A stretch of DNA of 53,220 nucleotides from Candidatus Aminicenantales bacterium (GCA_049697055.1 JBAVVA010000087.1:1-53220); one strand, 5' to 3'; shown: positions 1 through 7,689, counted from the stretch's first letter. Made by a program: numbers and translations. Notes: generated by a model not told the origin, from the letters alone.

Positions 1-168
1 CATCGGCCTTCACCCAGTAGGCATGAGACTCGCCGCTGCGGCCAGCGATAAAACCATGAAGGCGAATACGCTTGTTATTTTATGTGCGCAGCCGACTCTC
101 AGTCACTAACAAAAGAGCTTCTGGAGGGAATTCGCTGGGGGCAGCTTTTTAGGCCCTAAAATGCTGAA

Positions 169-1029
169 CTATTTCTCGAAGTGATAGTACTCTTTGGGCG
201 TTTTGGTGATGATGTACTTGATGGCCTCGCGGATCATCTTGCGGCAGGCTGCTTCTACCGGCGTGTTCTGGTAGCCCTGCAGAGTGGTGGGCAGGCTGCT
301 GGAGACGCTGCTTCCGCCCAGCCGCACATTCGTGGCGCTGCCTTTGACCGTGGTCACGGCCACGATCCGGCCGGTCCGGGTGTCGATGATCCTCAAGTCC
401 ATGCCTACCTCGGACCTGTTGTAGCCCAGGTTGGCGTCCACTATCTGGCCGAAGAGCGGGATGGGGATGGCCATCTCCCCGCCCTCCTTGGACGCTTCGA
501 ATTCCGTCAAGGCCCCGTAGATAAAGAGCTCCACGCCCTCCAACTGGCCGGCGGGAATCTTCGCCTTGGGATTGGCCGCCGCAGAGGAAGAGAGCTGCTG
601 TTCGGCCATGATATCGCCCAGGTTCTCCCGCTCATAGACGATGAAGCGGTTGCAGGCCACCAGCTCCGTGGTCAGCATCTCTTTGATCCCGGAGCTGATG
701 GGGTCGCTGAAATTTCCCCAGGCGTTGACCCAGGCCGCCTGCTGGGCCCCCGCCTGCTGCCGGTTGAGGTTCTTCATGGCCTCGGCCATGGCCTTCTGGG
801 CCTGGGCCATGATACGGGCGATATCGCGCTGGAAGGACATCCACATGTTCCCTTCAACTTTATTCTCAAAGCGGGCGACGGCAATCCGCGCCTTGGGCCC
901 GTTGTAGGCTTGGTTCTGGACGTCCTGCATGTTGGGCCCGCCTTGGGTGACGTAGCCCGTGGTGCAGCCGGCCAGGAGCAGGGCCAGGCCGGCCAGGGCC
1001 GAAAAAAGGCAAGCTTTCCGGGTCCTCAT
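169..1029 (-). CDS. CsgG/HfaB-family outer-membrane lipoprotein, paralogue 1 (carries an insertion of about 45 aa)
   Basis: 286-aa ORF. Lipoprotein signal ends in LLLAGC. CsgG-like blocks ARIAVARFENK and NRFIVYERENLGDIMAEQQL. ATGA overlap with the upstream paralogue at 1026-1029. Confidence 0.8.
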   Translation of the reverse strand: MRTRKACLFSALAGLALLLAGCTTGYVTQGGPNMQDVQNQAYNGPKARIAVARFENKVEGNMWMSFQRDIARIMAQAQKAMAEAMKNLNRQQAGAQQAAWVNAWGNFSDPISSGIKEMLTTELVACNRFIVYERENLGDIMAEQQLSSSAAANPKAKIPAGQLEGVELFIYGALTEFEASKEGGEMAIPIPLFGQIVDANLGYNRSEVGMDLRIIDTRTGRIVAVTTVKGSATNVRLGGSSVSSSLPTTLQGYQNTPVEAACRKMIREAIKYIITKTPKEYYHFEK

Positions 1030-1706
1030 TTGCCGGCTCCTTTCCCCAGGCTGGTGGTGACGATATAATCGACCGCTTTATCCAGGCAGATGCGGATGGC
1101 CTTGTCCATGGGGGTATTGTTCCAGGCGCTGAGGCTCATGACCATGGGAATGCCGCCTACCCATTTCAGCAGACCGACGCCTATGGCCGTGTCGGTGGCC
1201 TTGCCCTCCACGGTCACCGAGGCCACGATGCGCGATGTCCGCGCGTCCACGATGCGCAGGTCGATGGCCACGTGGGATTGCTTGACGCCGCCCAAGGGGG
1301 TCTGGACGCCCCTCTGGTTCGGCTCGAACTCGGTCACTGCGCCCAGGACCAGGAAGGAGGCGCCCTCCATCTCGCCGCTATTGATGGCGGCCTGCTTGCC
1401 GACCGCTCCGGATTTGGACAGCTCCTGCTCCTGCATGACCACGTCCAGGTTCTCCCTTTCCAGGACGATGAACCGGTTCGTCCGGAAGAGGGCCGACACC
1501 AGCATGTCGGTCATGCCGGTGCCGACCGAATACTGCGATTTGTTCTCAAAACGGGACACGGCGATGCGCATCTTCTCCGAAGCGCCGACGTTCTGGGCCT
1601 CCTCTATAGTCGGCCCTCCCGTGTTGACCACCATGGCCGTCGGGCCGCAGGCGGCGAAAAAGCACAAACCGGTCAAGATCAAAAAGGCGGGATGTTTTTT
1701 ACTCAT
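1026..1706 (-). CDS. CsgG/HfaB-family outer-membrane lipoprotein, paralogue 2
   Basis: Blocks MRIAVSRFENK and NRFIVLERENLDVVMQEQEL. Lipobox FFAAC. Start placed at ATG 1706 (MSKKHPAF), preceded by GAGGGA and lying downstream of the promoter and terminator. The ORF is open back to 1760. Confidence 0.8.
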   Translation of the reverse strand: MSKKHPAFLILTGLCFFAACGPTAMVVNTGGPTIEEAQNVGASEKMRIAVSRFENKSQYSVGTGMTDMLVSALFRTNRFIVLERENLDVVMQEQELSKSGAVGKQAAINSGEMEGASFLVLGAVTEFEPNQRGVQTPLGGVKQSHVAIDLRIVDARTSRIVASVTVEGKATDTAIGVGLLKWVGGIPMVMSLSAWNNTPMDKAIRICLDKAVDYIVTTSLGKGAGK

Positions 1707-1731
1707 TGTTCCCTCACTCATTAATGGCCTC

Positions 1732-1760
1732 ATTATAATCCCGCCTCCAGGCTTTGACAA
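1732..1760 (-). promoter_or_regulatory. sigma70-like promoter TTGTCA-N17-TATAAT for the CsgG-like pair
   Basis: On the minus strand, TTGTCA (1760-1755), a 17-nt spacer, then TATAAT (1737-1732). It sits about 25 nt upstream of ATG 1706 and just after the terminator. Confidence 0.5.
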
Positions 1761-1761
1761 T

Positions 1762-1810
1762 AAAAAAAAGGGATGGGCGCACGAGCGCCCATCCCTGCTT
1801 TTTTCTTTTT
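1762..1810. terminator. Bidirectional rho-independent terminator
   Basis: 11-bp GC stem GGGATGGGCGC/GCGCCCATCCC (1770-1780 / 1785-1795) with loop ACGA. It is flanked by an A8 tract on one side and a T-rich tract on the other. On the minus strand it follows the 131-aa gene. Confidence 0.75.
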
Positions 1811-1844
1811 AAGATCAGCCCTTCAACACAATCTCAATCAAGGT

Positions 1845-1870
1845 CAGCATCTCTGTTCCTGTTGATGCTG
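1845..1870 (-). repeat. Diverged third copy of the box that forms the 2300-2447 inverted repeat; also a local 7-bp hairpin
   Basis: The plus-strand sequence cagcatctctgttcctgttgatgctg resembles agcatctctgcttccgtgatg at 2299-2319. CAGCATC and GATGCTG can pair locally. Confidence 0.6.
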
Positions 1871-1876
1871 AATCGT

Positions 1877-2272
1877 TCATTCCAGCCAGATCTTGACCGT
1901 TTCGTCTTCTTCGTAAACTTCGATGAACATCATCGGCCCGAGCTTTTTCAGCTCGGCGAAAATTTCGGTCAGGTTGATGTCGAGGCCCTCCCGGTCGAGC
2001 TTGAAGCGACCCTTCTCATGCTGTTCAGCGTACTTGGCCAAGACCTCGACCAGGCTGAGGGGCAGGGTGATCTTCACCTTGTCCTTGCCCGTCTTGGAGT
2101 CGGTGACCAGCACCTTGAACCACTGCGCGGGCTTGCCGGCCTCGAACTCCGGGTTCTCCTTGACGGCCTTCTTGATGGCCTGCATGTCGTCCTTGTCCTT
2201 GGCATAGCCCTGGACGGAGAACATCAGGGCAGCCAGCAGGATAAGAATGGTGACGACTGTGGTTTTTTTCAT
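1877..2272 (-). CDS. Small secreted protein carrying the shared C-terminal 'PLxL...WLE' domain
   Basis: 131-aa ORF. Signal peptide MKKTTVVTILILLAALMFSVQGYA. GGGGAG RBS. The C-terminal part aligns with the C-termini of the 2452-3303 and 4671-5096 products. Confidence 0.7.
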   Translation of the reverse strand: MKKTTVVTILILLAALMFSVQGYAKDKDDMQAIKKAVKENPEFEAGKPAQWFKVLVTDSKTGKDKVKITLPLSLVEVLAKYAEQHEKGRFKLDREGLDINLTEIFAELKKLGPMMFIEVYEEDETVKIWLE

Positions 2273-2299
2273 GTTGTCTCCCCTTTCTTTTTAGCTTTA

Positions 2300-2447
2300 G
2301 CATCTCTGCTTCCGTGATGTGTTCCTATCATGAAGGGGTGGCGCGGCGGAGGGGCTCCCCGCCTGCGCACAGCCTTGCGAGCACAGCCGGGGAGGAGCCG
2401 CGACAGGACCCCACACGTTTTTGTTTTCATCACGGAAGCAGAGATGC
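2300..2447. repeat. Perfect 20-bp inverted repeat enclosing a 108-nt GC-rich, internally structured spacer
   Basis: gcatctctgcttccgtgatg (2300-2319) is the exact reverse complement of catcacggaagcagagatgc (2428-2447). It lies between two co-oriented genes of the ECF operon. Confidence 0.85.
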
Positions 2448-2451
2448 ATTT

Positions 2452-3303
2452 TCATTCGATCCATAATTTGATGAGGGTTTTTTCCTCACTGATCTCGATG
2501 ATGCTCATCTTGGTTCTTTCCAGGTCCTTCATGATCCGCTCCAGGTCATAGCCTTTCTGCCGGAGCATCTGCTTCTCCTTGGGAGGGATGGCCTGGATGG
2601 CCAGGTCGGCCAGGGCCAGGGGGATGTTGATCTTAATTTTGACCTTTCCGGCCTCGGTGACCTCGATCCTCAGCAGCCTGGTTTTGGCTTGAGAGTTCCC
2701 GTCCTCCCCCATGCCTTCCAGAGCCTCCGGGTCCACCCGCATCAGGCCAATCCTGGCCCTGTCCCTGAGCTCAGCGTCCTTTTCGTCCCTAATGATGTTT
2801 TTCAGGACCGGCACGGACTTGGCCGCCTGGGCCCGGTCCGTGATGTAACTGGTCTTGAAAGCGGCGTAGTACCGGACGACTTTGTTGGAACTGGCCAAGC
2901 GGCCCTCGATTTCCTTAAGGGTGGACCTGTTCCCCTTGGCATAGAGTTCATAGGCCAGGTCGATCACAATCACCTCGGACTCCTCGGCTAGGCTGGAGTT
3001 CCTGTCCTTGGACTGGAGGTAAGCCTGGAAGGCGGCTATAGCCTCAAACTCCCGGCCGTCGAGATGGCTCAGGCACTTGGCTTTGTAGAAAAGGGCCTGG
3101 GAGGCTGTCGGGCTCGAAGCATAATCCGCCAGGAGCGTCTCCAGCTTCTCCAGAGCCTGGTCCCATTTCCCGTCGAACAGAAGGACTTTCGCCTCCTGCA
3201 TGAGCCTCTCCTCCGGCTTGGCCGTTTGGCCGGCCGCCGGAGCGAGAGCCGCGAGGAGGATCAGCCCGGCCAGTGCAGCGATTTTAAAAGCTTTCGCGTT
3301 CAC
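2452..3303 (-). CDS. Secreted TPR/HEAT-like repeat protein ending in the shared C-terminal domain
   Basis: 283-aa ORF. Signal peptide MNAKAFKIAALAGLILLAALAPAAG. TPR-like helices. C-terminus reads KIKINIPLALADL...LIKLWIE. 20-nt overlap with the anti-sigma gene. Confidence 0.75.
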   Translation of the reverse strand: MNAKAFKIAALAGLILLAALAPAAGQTAKPEERLMQEAKVLLFDGKWDQALEKLETLLADYASSPTASQALFYKAKCLSHLDGREFEAIAAFQAYLQSKDRNSSLAEESEVIVIDLAYELYAKGNRSTLKEIEGRLASSNKVVRYYAAFKTSYITDRAQAAKSVPVLKNIIRDEKDAELRDRARIGLMRVDPEALEGMGEDGNSQAKTRLLRIEVTEAGKVKIKINIPLALADLAIQAIPPKEKQMLRQKGYDLERIMKDLERTKMSIIEISEEKTLIKLWIE

Positions 3304-4090
3304 TGTCCTGCAGCTCCTTTTTCACAAGATTGATCTTCAGCCAGAGCTGGCTGGCCTCGATCCGGTCCCGGATTTCGGCTCTTTCCTGGCCGGTCAGAGC
3401 CCCGCCGACTTGGGTCAGCTCCAGGATGAGCAGCTCGATCTGGTCGCAAATAGCTCTTGCCTTGGCCATCTGCCGCCGGCCGAGCTGAGAATTGATGTAT
3501 TTCTTCTTGGTCAGAAGGGCCTGTGCCTGCTGCTGGCCGAACCCCTCCCGCCACAGTTCGGTCGAATCGGCGGAGGCGGGCTGGACAAAATCGAGCAGCA
3601 GAGCCTGACTTTTATCGAGGTAACTCAACGTCTCCCGCCGGGCCAGCTCCAGTTCCACCCGGTCCAGAAACTCCGGCGAGGCGTAGAAGCCCGTGTCCCG
3701 GACGGGGCGCTGGAGGCCGGAGCGCAGCAGAAGGAACACGGCCAGGCCGCCGAGGAGAAGGCCGCCTAGAAGGCCGGCCGTGATGGGCCGGAGGAAGAAC
3801 GGCCCCAGCCAGCTTCTCCCGGAGGCCGGCGCCCGGAGTCTTTCCGGACGGTCGAACACCCGGCGGGCGATCCGCTCCGGAAGCGCTTCCCAGTCCACCG
3901 TGGCCATGACCTTTTCCATGTCTTTTTTTGCCGCGCCCGCGCCGTTGAAGATCCTCTTTAACGATTCCATCTCCCGGCGGCAGGCGGGACAATCTCCGAG
4001 GTGGCGGCTGACAGCCTGGCCATCCTCCCGGTCGAGGTCGCCCAAGAGAAAAGCAACCAGCTCCTGTTTGTCTTGACGGCAAGGCTTCAT
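3284..4090 (-). CDS. Anti-sigma factor, zf-HC2 type, single-pass membrane protein
   Basis: N-terminal H-x3-C-x2-C motif (HLGDCPACRRE). TM segment ITAGLLGGLLLGGLAVFLLL. ATGA overlap with the sigma gene at 4087-4090. Confidence 0.8.
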   Translation of the reverse strand: MKPCRQDKQELVAFLLGDLDREDGQAVSRHLGDCPACRREMESLKRIFNGAGAAKKDMEKVMATVDWEALPERIARRVFDRPERLRAPASGRSWLGPFFLRPITAGLLGGLLLGGLAVFLLLRSGLQRPVRDTGFYASPEFLDRVELELARRETLSYLDKSQALLLDFVQPASADSTELWREGFGQQQAQALLTKKKYINSQLGRRQMAKARAICDQIELLILELTQVGGALTGQERAEIRDRIEASQLWLKINLVKKELQDSERESF

Positions 4091-4674
4091 CGAGATACCC
4101 CCAAATATGGACTCAGGCGGCTCTTCAGGTTCTGAACAGCCTTGAAATGAAGGGATTTGACCGTCCCGGGCGCAATGTTCAGGATCCGGGCGATCTCCTC
4201 CACTTGAAATTGATTGTAGTGCCGCATGACGAAAATCAGGCGCTGCTTCTCGGCCAGCTTGTGGATGCAGCGGGACAGGATGTCCTTGACCTCGGCCGCG
4301 CGGCCGGCCGCCTCATTCTCCTCGGCTGGGAGGTTGAGCTCATCCAGGCTCTTCCCCGATTCGAACTCCTTGCGGCGCCGGTAGTTCTTGCGGAAATAAT
4401 CGACGCACAGGTTCTTGGCGATCTGCATGACCCAGCCCTGCAGGCTGTAGCCGCTGCGGAAAGTGTCGATTTTCTGATGCAGCCTCAAGAACGTCTCCTG
4501 AACAATGTCCATGGCGTCTTCCCGGTTGCCGAAAAAGGCATAAGCCAGCTGGAAGACTTTCTGCTGGTAGGTCCCCACCAGGTCCTTGAAAGCCTCCCGG
4601 TCGCCGGCCCTGATTCTATCGATGAGGCCGGCGGCCTGCTGGCCGCCCTGGAGCGCCGCTTCGGTCACGCTCAC
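4087..4674 (-). CDS. ECF-type RNA polymerase sigma-70 factor
   Basis: 195 aa. Region 2 (FKDLVGTYQQKVFQLAYAFFGNREDAMDIVQETFLRL) and region 4 (EIARILNIAPGTVKSLHFKAVQNLK) are recognisable. Confidence 0.9.
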   Translation of the reverse strand: MSVTEAALQGGQQAAGLIDRIRAGDREAFKDLVGTYQQKVFQLAYAFFGNREDAMDIVQETFLRLHQKIDTFRSGYSLQGWVMQIAKNLCVDYFRKNYRRRKEFESGKSLDELNLPAEENEAAGRAAEVKDILSRCIHKLAEKQRLIFVMRHYNQFQVEEIARILNIAPGTVKSLHFKAVQNLKSRLSPYLGVSR

Positions 4675-5096
4675 CTCAGCCAGACAAGGACCTGGCTTTG
4701 CTCGTCATCCACCGACACCAGCAAGCCTGGCCCGAATGGACCCAGGTCGCGGAATTTCCGCCAGTCAATGCCGTAGCGTCCATCGAAATCAAAGCCCCGG
4801 TCGTGTTCGCCGACTCCCAGACCCAGATCCAGGCAGGCTTTGGCCAGCCACAGCGGTATTTCGACGCGGACCAGGTCGCCGGCCTGGCGGTCGAGGACCA
4901 GAACGCAAAGCTCGTGGGCCCGGCCGTAGCGATGGGGATCGGCGGCCTCCAGCCGTTCGATCTCCTGGTAAGCCCGCCTGAAGAAGGGTTCCGCATCCCG
5001 GCATTTTTCTACGATCTGGACCCGGAAACAGGCGGCCGCGGCCAGGACCGCGAGGCCAAGTCCCGCTGCCTTGATCGAAATTCGGACCTTGCCCAT
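4671..5096 (-). CDS. Membrane-anchored or secreted protein with the shared C-terminal domain; first gene of the ECF operon
   Basis: ORF is open to 5123. ATG 5096 (MGKVRISIKAAGLGLAVLAAAAC) has a GAGGTG RBS 7 nt upstream. C-terminus reads VRVEIPLWLAKA...VLVWLR. ATGA overlap with the sigma gene. Confidence 0.6.
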   Translation of the reverse strand: MGKVRISIKAAGLGLAVLAAAACFRVQIVEKCRDAEPFFRRAYQEIERLEAADPHRYGRAHELCVLVLDRQAGDLVRVEIPLWLAKACLDLGLGVGEHDRGFDFDGRYGIDWRKFRDLGPFGPGLLVSVDDEQSQVLVWLR

Positions 5097-5128
5097 ATTG
5101 ACACCTCGGAAATGCATGTCCATCAGTC

Positions 5129-5156
5129 TCTACGGTCAATTTTATTAAAAGGTTCA
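5129..5156 (-). promoter_or_regulatory. Candidate ECF-type (autoregulated) promoter TGAACC-N16-CGTAGA
   Basis: On the minus strand, TGAACC (5156-5151), a 16-nt spacer, then CGTAGA (5134-5129), immediately upstream of ATG 5123/5096. It resembles the GAAC-N16/17-CGT architecture of ECF promoters. Confidence 0.4.
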
Positions 5157-5189
5157 CTCCCAATCCAGCCTTTCCAAAGACCCTTAGAA

Positions 5190-5371
5190 CCTTCGAATCT
5201 TTCTTAAATTTATAGAACCCCAGCCCCCCTGTATTCAGGGGGGTTAAAGAATGCTGCCTCCGGAAAGGTCGGCCGGAGGTACCTCCGAATCTTTCCTAAA
5301 TATATAACCCCCCCCTGCCCCCCTGGATTCAGGGGGGTTAAAGGACGGTGCCTCCGGAAAGGTCGGCGGAG
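5190..5371. repeat. Two tandem copies of a unit of about 91 bp, each with two GC hairpins
   Basis: Unit 1 spans 5190-5280 and unit 2 spans 5281-5371, mostly identical by eye. Each contains CCCCCTG-(t/g)att-CAGGGGG and a cctccgg...(c)cggag(g) hairpin. The unit junction forms the palindrome GGAGGTACCTCC. Confidence 0.8.
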
Positions 5372-5515
5372 ACAGTATTATTGAGCGGGGTTGTAGCCAG
5401 GCCGATAGACAGACTTCCAGGCCAAGTTCTCCGCCGGGAGCGACGTCTTGACCCGGAAAGCCGCCCCTACCGGAGGCGGCGGGATTTGATCAAGACGATC
5501 AGATGGAGAGAGCCG

Positions 5516-5794
5516 TCAATAGCGCGAGAAGGGTTTCCTTTCTCCTTGGGGCCTGTCGGTTCTGGGCTTGGCGTCGTTCACGATCAGCCGGCGTCCGTCG
5601 AACTCGGTGCCGTTCAGCTTGTTCTTGGCCTCCAGGGCGTTCTCGCCGGTGGCCATCTCCACGAAGCCGAACCCGCGTCCCTTGAGGATGTTGACGGACG
5701 TGACCTCACCGTAAGGGGTGAAGAGATCCTTCAGCGTTTCCTCGGTGGTTTTGTAGTTGAGGTTGCCCACGTACAACTTTCTCGAAGAATCCAT
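5516..5794 (-). CDS. RRM-type RNA-binding protein
   Basis: 92 aa. RNP2 KLYVGNL and RNP1 RGFGFVEM. GAGGAGG RBS. Confidence 0.9.
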   Translation of the reverse strand: MDSSRKLYVGNLNYKTTEETLKDLFTPYGEVTSVNILKGRGFGFVEMATGENALEAKNKLNGTEFDGRRLIVNDAKPRTDRPQGERKPFSRY

Positions 5795-5903
5795 AAAATA
5801 AACCTCCTCGCTCTCTCCGTCGTTTGACCCCAGGACTCGGGATCATGCGATCAAAAAGAACGCGCCCATTTTTCCATAATTAAAAAGCAAAATCAAGTCA
5901 CAA

Positions 5904-5932
5904 TTGGATATGTCGCTCTTTTCTGTTATATT
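5904..5932 (+). promoter_or_regulatory. Candidate sigma70 promoter TTGGAT-N17-TATATT for sppA
   Basis: Hexamers at 5904-5909 and 5927-5932. AGGAGG RBS at 5948-5953. ATG at 5959. Confidence 0.4.
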
Positions 5933-5958
5933 CCTGCTTGGCCCCACAGGAGGCAGTC

Positions 5959-7689
5959 ATGAAACGCAGCCGATATGTTTTGGCCATCGTTCTTATTTTT
6001 GCCCTGCTCCTGGCCGTGACTCTTATCAGCTTTTTTCTCACCTCGTTCGGCCAACCGCCCTCGGTCGGAGCCCGCTCCTACCTGGACATCCTCCTCGGCG
6101 GGGACCTGGTGGAATGGTCTTCGCCCAACTGGCTCAACACTCTATTCCTGGGCGGGCCGCCCCTGTCCGTCCATGACCTCTGGCTGAACCTCAAAAAAGC
6201 GCGGAGCGACCGGCGCATCCAGGCCGTCCTCCTCCGCCTCGACCTCCTCCTCTGCGACTGGGCCAAGGTCAGCGAAGTGCGTGACGCGGTTCTCGACTTT
6301 CGCCGTTCCGGGAAAAAGATCTTCGCCTACATCGAGGAGGCGCCGGACTTCGACAAAGAATATTACCTGGCCACCGCCTGCGACCGGATCATCATGCATC
6401 CGCTGGGCTGGCTGGGCATCAACGGCCTGGGCGGCCATGTCCCCTTCTATAAAAAAACGCTGGACAGGCTGGGCATCCAGGCTGAGTTCGAGCATGTAGA
6501 GGAGTTTAAGACGGCCGCCAGTCAGTACACCGAGACCGGCTTCACCCCGGCTCACAAGCTGATGATGGACTCCATCTACGGAGATCTGTTCGGCCAGTAT
6601 GTCCGGACCGTGGCTCAAGCCCGTAAGAAGAGCGAGGAAGAAGTCCGCCGGCTCATAGACAAAGGATTCTTCCAGGCCGATGAAGCGCTCCAGGACGGCC
6701 TGGTGGACGGCCTGATGTTCGAGGATGAGCTTCCGACGCTGTGGGACAAGGAGGGCGGGCTGCGCGCCTCCAAGGTCAGCCAGCAGGACTATGCCAAGAT
6801 CTCGCCTGAGTCGCTGGGCCTCAACCGCGGCCGGAAGATCGCCCTCATCTACGCCCAGGGGCTTATCCTGGCCGGCGAGAGCCTGAACGATCAGATGATC
6901 GGCAGCCAGACCTTGAGCCGCTGGATCCGGCGAGCACGGGAAGACAAGACCGTGGCGGCCGTGGTGTTGCGGGTGGACAGCCCGGGCGGCTCGGCCGTGG
7001 CCTCGGACTCCATCTGGCGGGAGATGGCCCTGACCAAAAAAGTCAAGCCTGTGGTTGTGTCCATGTCCGACCTGGCCGGTTCAGGCGGCTATTGGATCTC
7101 CATGGCCGCCCATAAAATTGTGGCCCAGCCCCAAACCCTGACCGGCTCGGTCGGCGTGCTCGTGGGCAAGTTCAATTTCCAGGGGCTCTACCAGAAGATC
7201 GGCATGACTTCGGAAAGAATCGCCTACGGCGCACATGCCGACGTCTTCTCCACATTTCGGCCGTTCACCACGGAAGAGAAGGCCTTGCTGAAGAAACAGA
7301 TATTGTGGATCTATGACCGGTTTCTGAGAAAGGCCGCTGAAGGCCGGAACCTAACCAAGGAGGACGTCAATAAGGTCGGCAAAGGCCGTGTCTGGACGGG
7401 CCATCAAGCCCGTTTGAACGGCCTGGTGGACGAGCTGGGCGGGCTTAACCGGGCCATCGAGCTGGCCAAGGAGTTGGCCGGCATCTCCGCTTATCAGGAC
7501 GTCAAGCTCGAAGTCTGGCCCCGAAAGACCTCTGTTTGGGGTTCCATATTCGGCCGCCAGGAGACTCTCCTGGACCTGGCTCACACCCCCAAAGAACTGG
7601 CCGCGGCCCTGGCCGGCCTGGAGAGGCTCATGGACAATGACCGCATTCTGAGCTTGATGCCTTTCGGGCTCGGCCTTTCGCCCCGCTGA
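5959..7689 (+). CDS. sppA: Signal peptide peptidase SppA, 67K (two-domain) type
   Basis: N-terminal TM segment. Two ClpP/crotonase-like halves. Second half has VVSMSDLAGSGGYWISMAA. Start taken at the ATG after AGGAGG; the ORF begins at TTG 5938. Confidence 0.9.
   Translation: MKRSRYVLAIVLIFALLLAVTLISFFLTSFGQPPSVGARSYLDILLGGDLVEWSSPNWLNTLFLGGPPLSVHDLWLNLKKARSDRRIQAVLLRLDLLLCDWAKVSEVRDAVLDFRRSGKKIFAYIEEAPDFDKEYYLATACDRIIMHPLGWLGINGLGGHVPFYKKTLDRLGIQAEFEHVEEFKTAASQYTETGFTPAHKLMMDSIYGDLFGQYVRTVAQARKKSEEEVRRLIDKGFFQADEALQDGLVDGLMFEDELPTLWDKEGGLRASKVSQQDYAKISPESLGLNRGRKIALIYAQGLILAGESLNDQMIGSQTLSRWIRRAREDKTVAAVVLRVDSPGGSAVASDSIWREMALTKKVKPVVVSMSDLAGSGGYWISMAAHKIVAQPQTLTGSVGVLVGKFNFQGLYQKIGMTSERIAYGAHADVFSTFRPFTTEEKALLKKQILWIYDRFLRKAAEGRNLTKEDVNKVGKGRVWTGHQARLNGLVDELGGLNRAIELAKELAGISAYQDVKLEVWPRKTSVWGSIFGRQETLLDLAHTPKELAAALAGLERLMDNDRILSLMPFGLGLSPR

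Noticed and set aside
1-168. Possible 3' end of a plus-strand gene (frame 2 is open to a TAA at about 107-109)
   Set aside because: The fragment is too short and has no recognisable motif, so neither coding nor non-coding status can be supported from this window.
2300-2447. MITE interpretation of the 20-bp inverted repeat
   Set aside because: There is no flanking target-site duplication and no second full copy in the window. The arm shares only a 9-mer (tcacggaag) with element B, which could be chance. The placement between coupled genes next to an RBS favours an RNA-level role. This is not fully excluded without a genome-wide copy count.
5190-5371. Possible CRISPR array
   Set aside because: There are only two directly adjacent units of about 91 bp with no spacers, and no cas genes are present.
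5348-5827. 159-aa plus-strand ORF over the RRM-protein gene
   Set aside because: The opposite strand encodes a textbook RRM protein (RNP1 and RNP2) with a strong RBS. The plus-strand product has no features.
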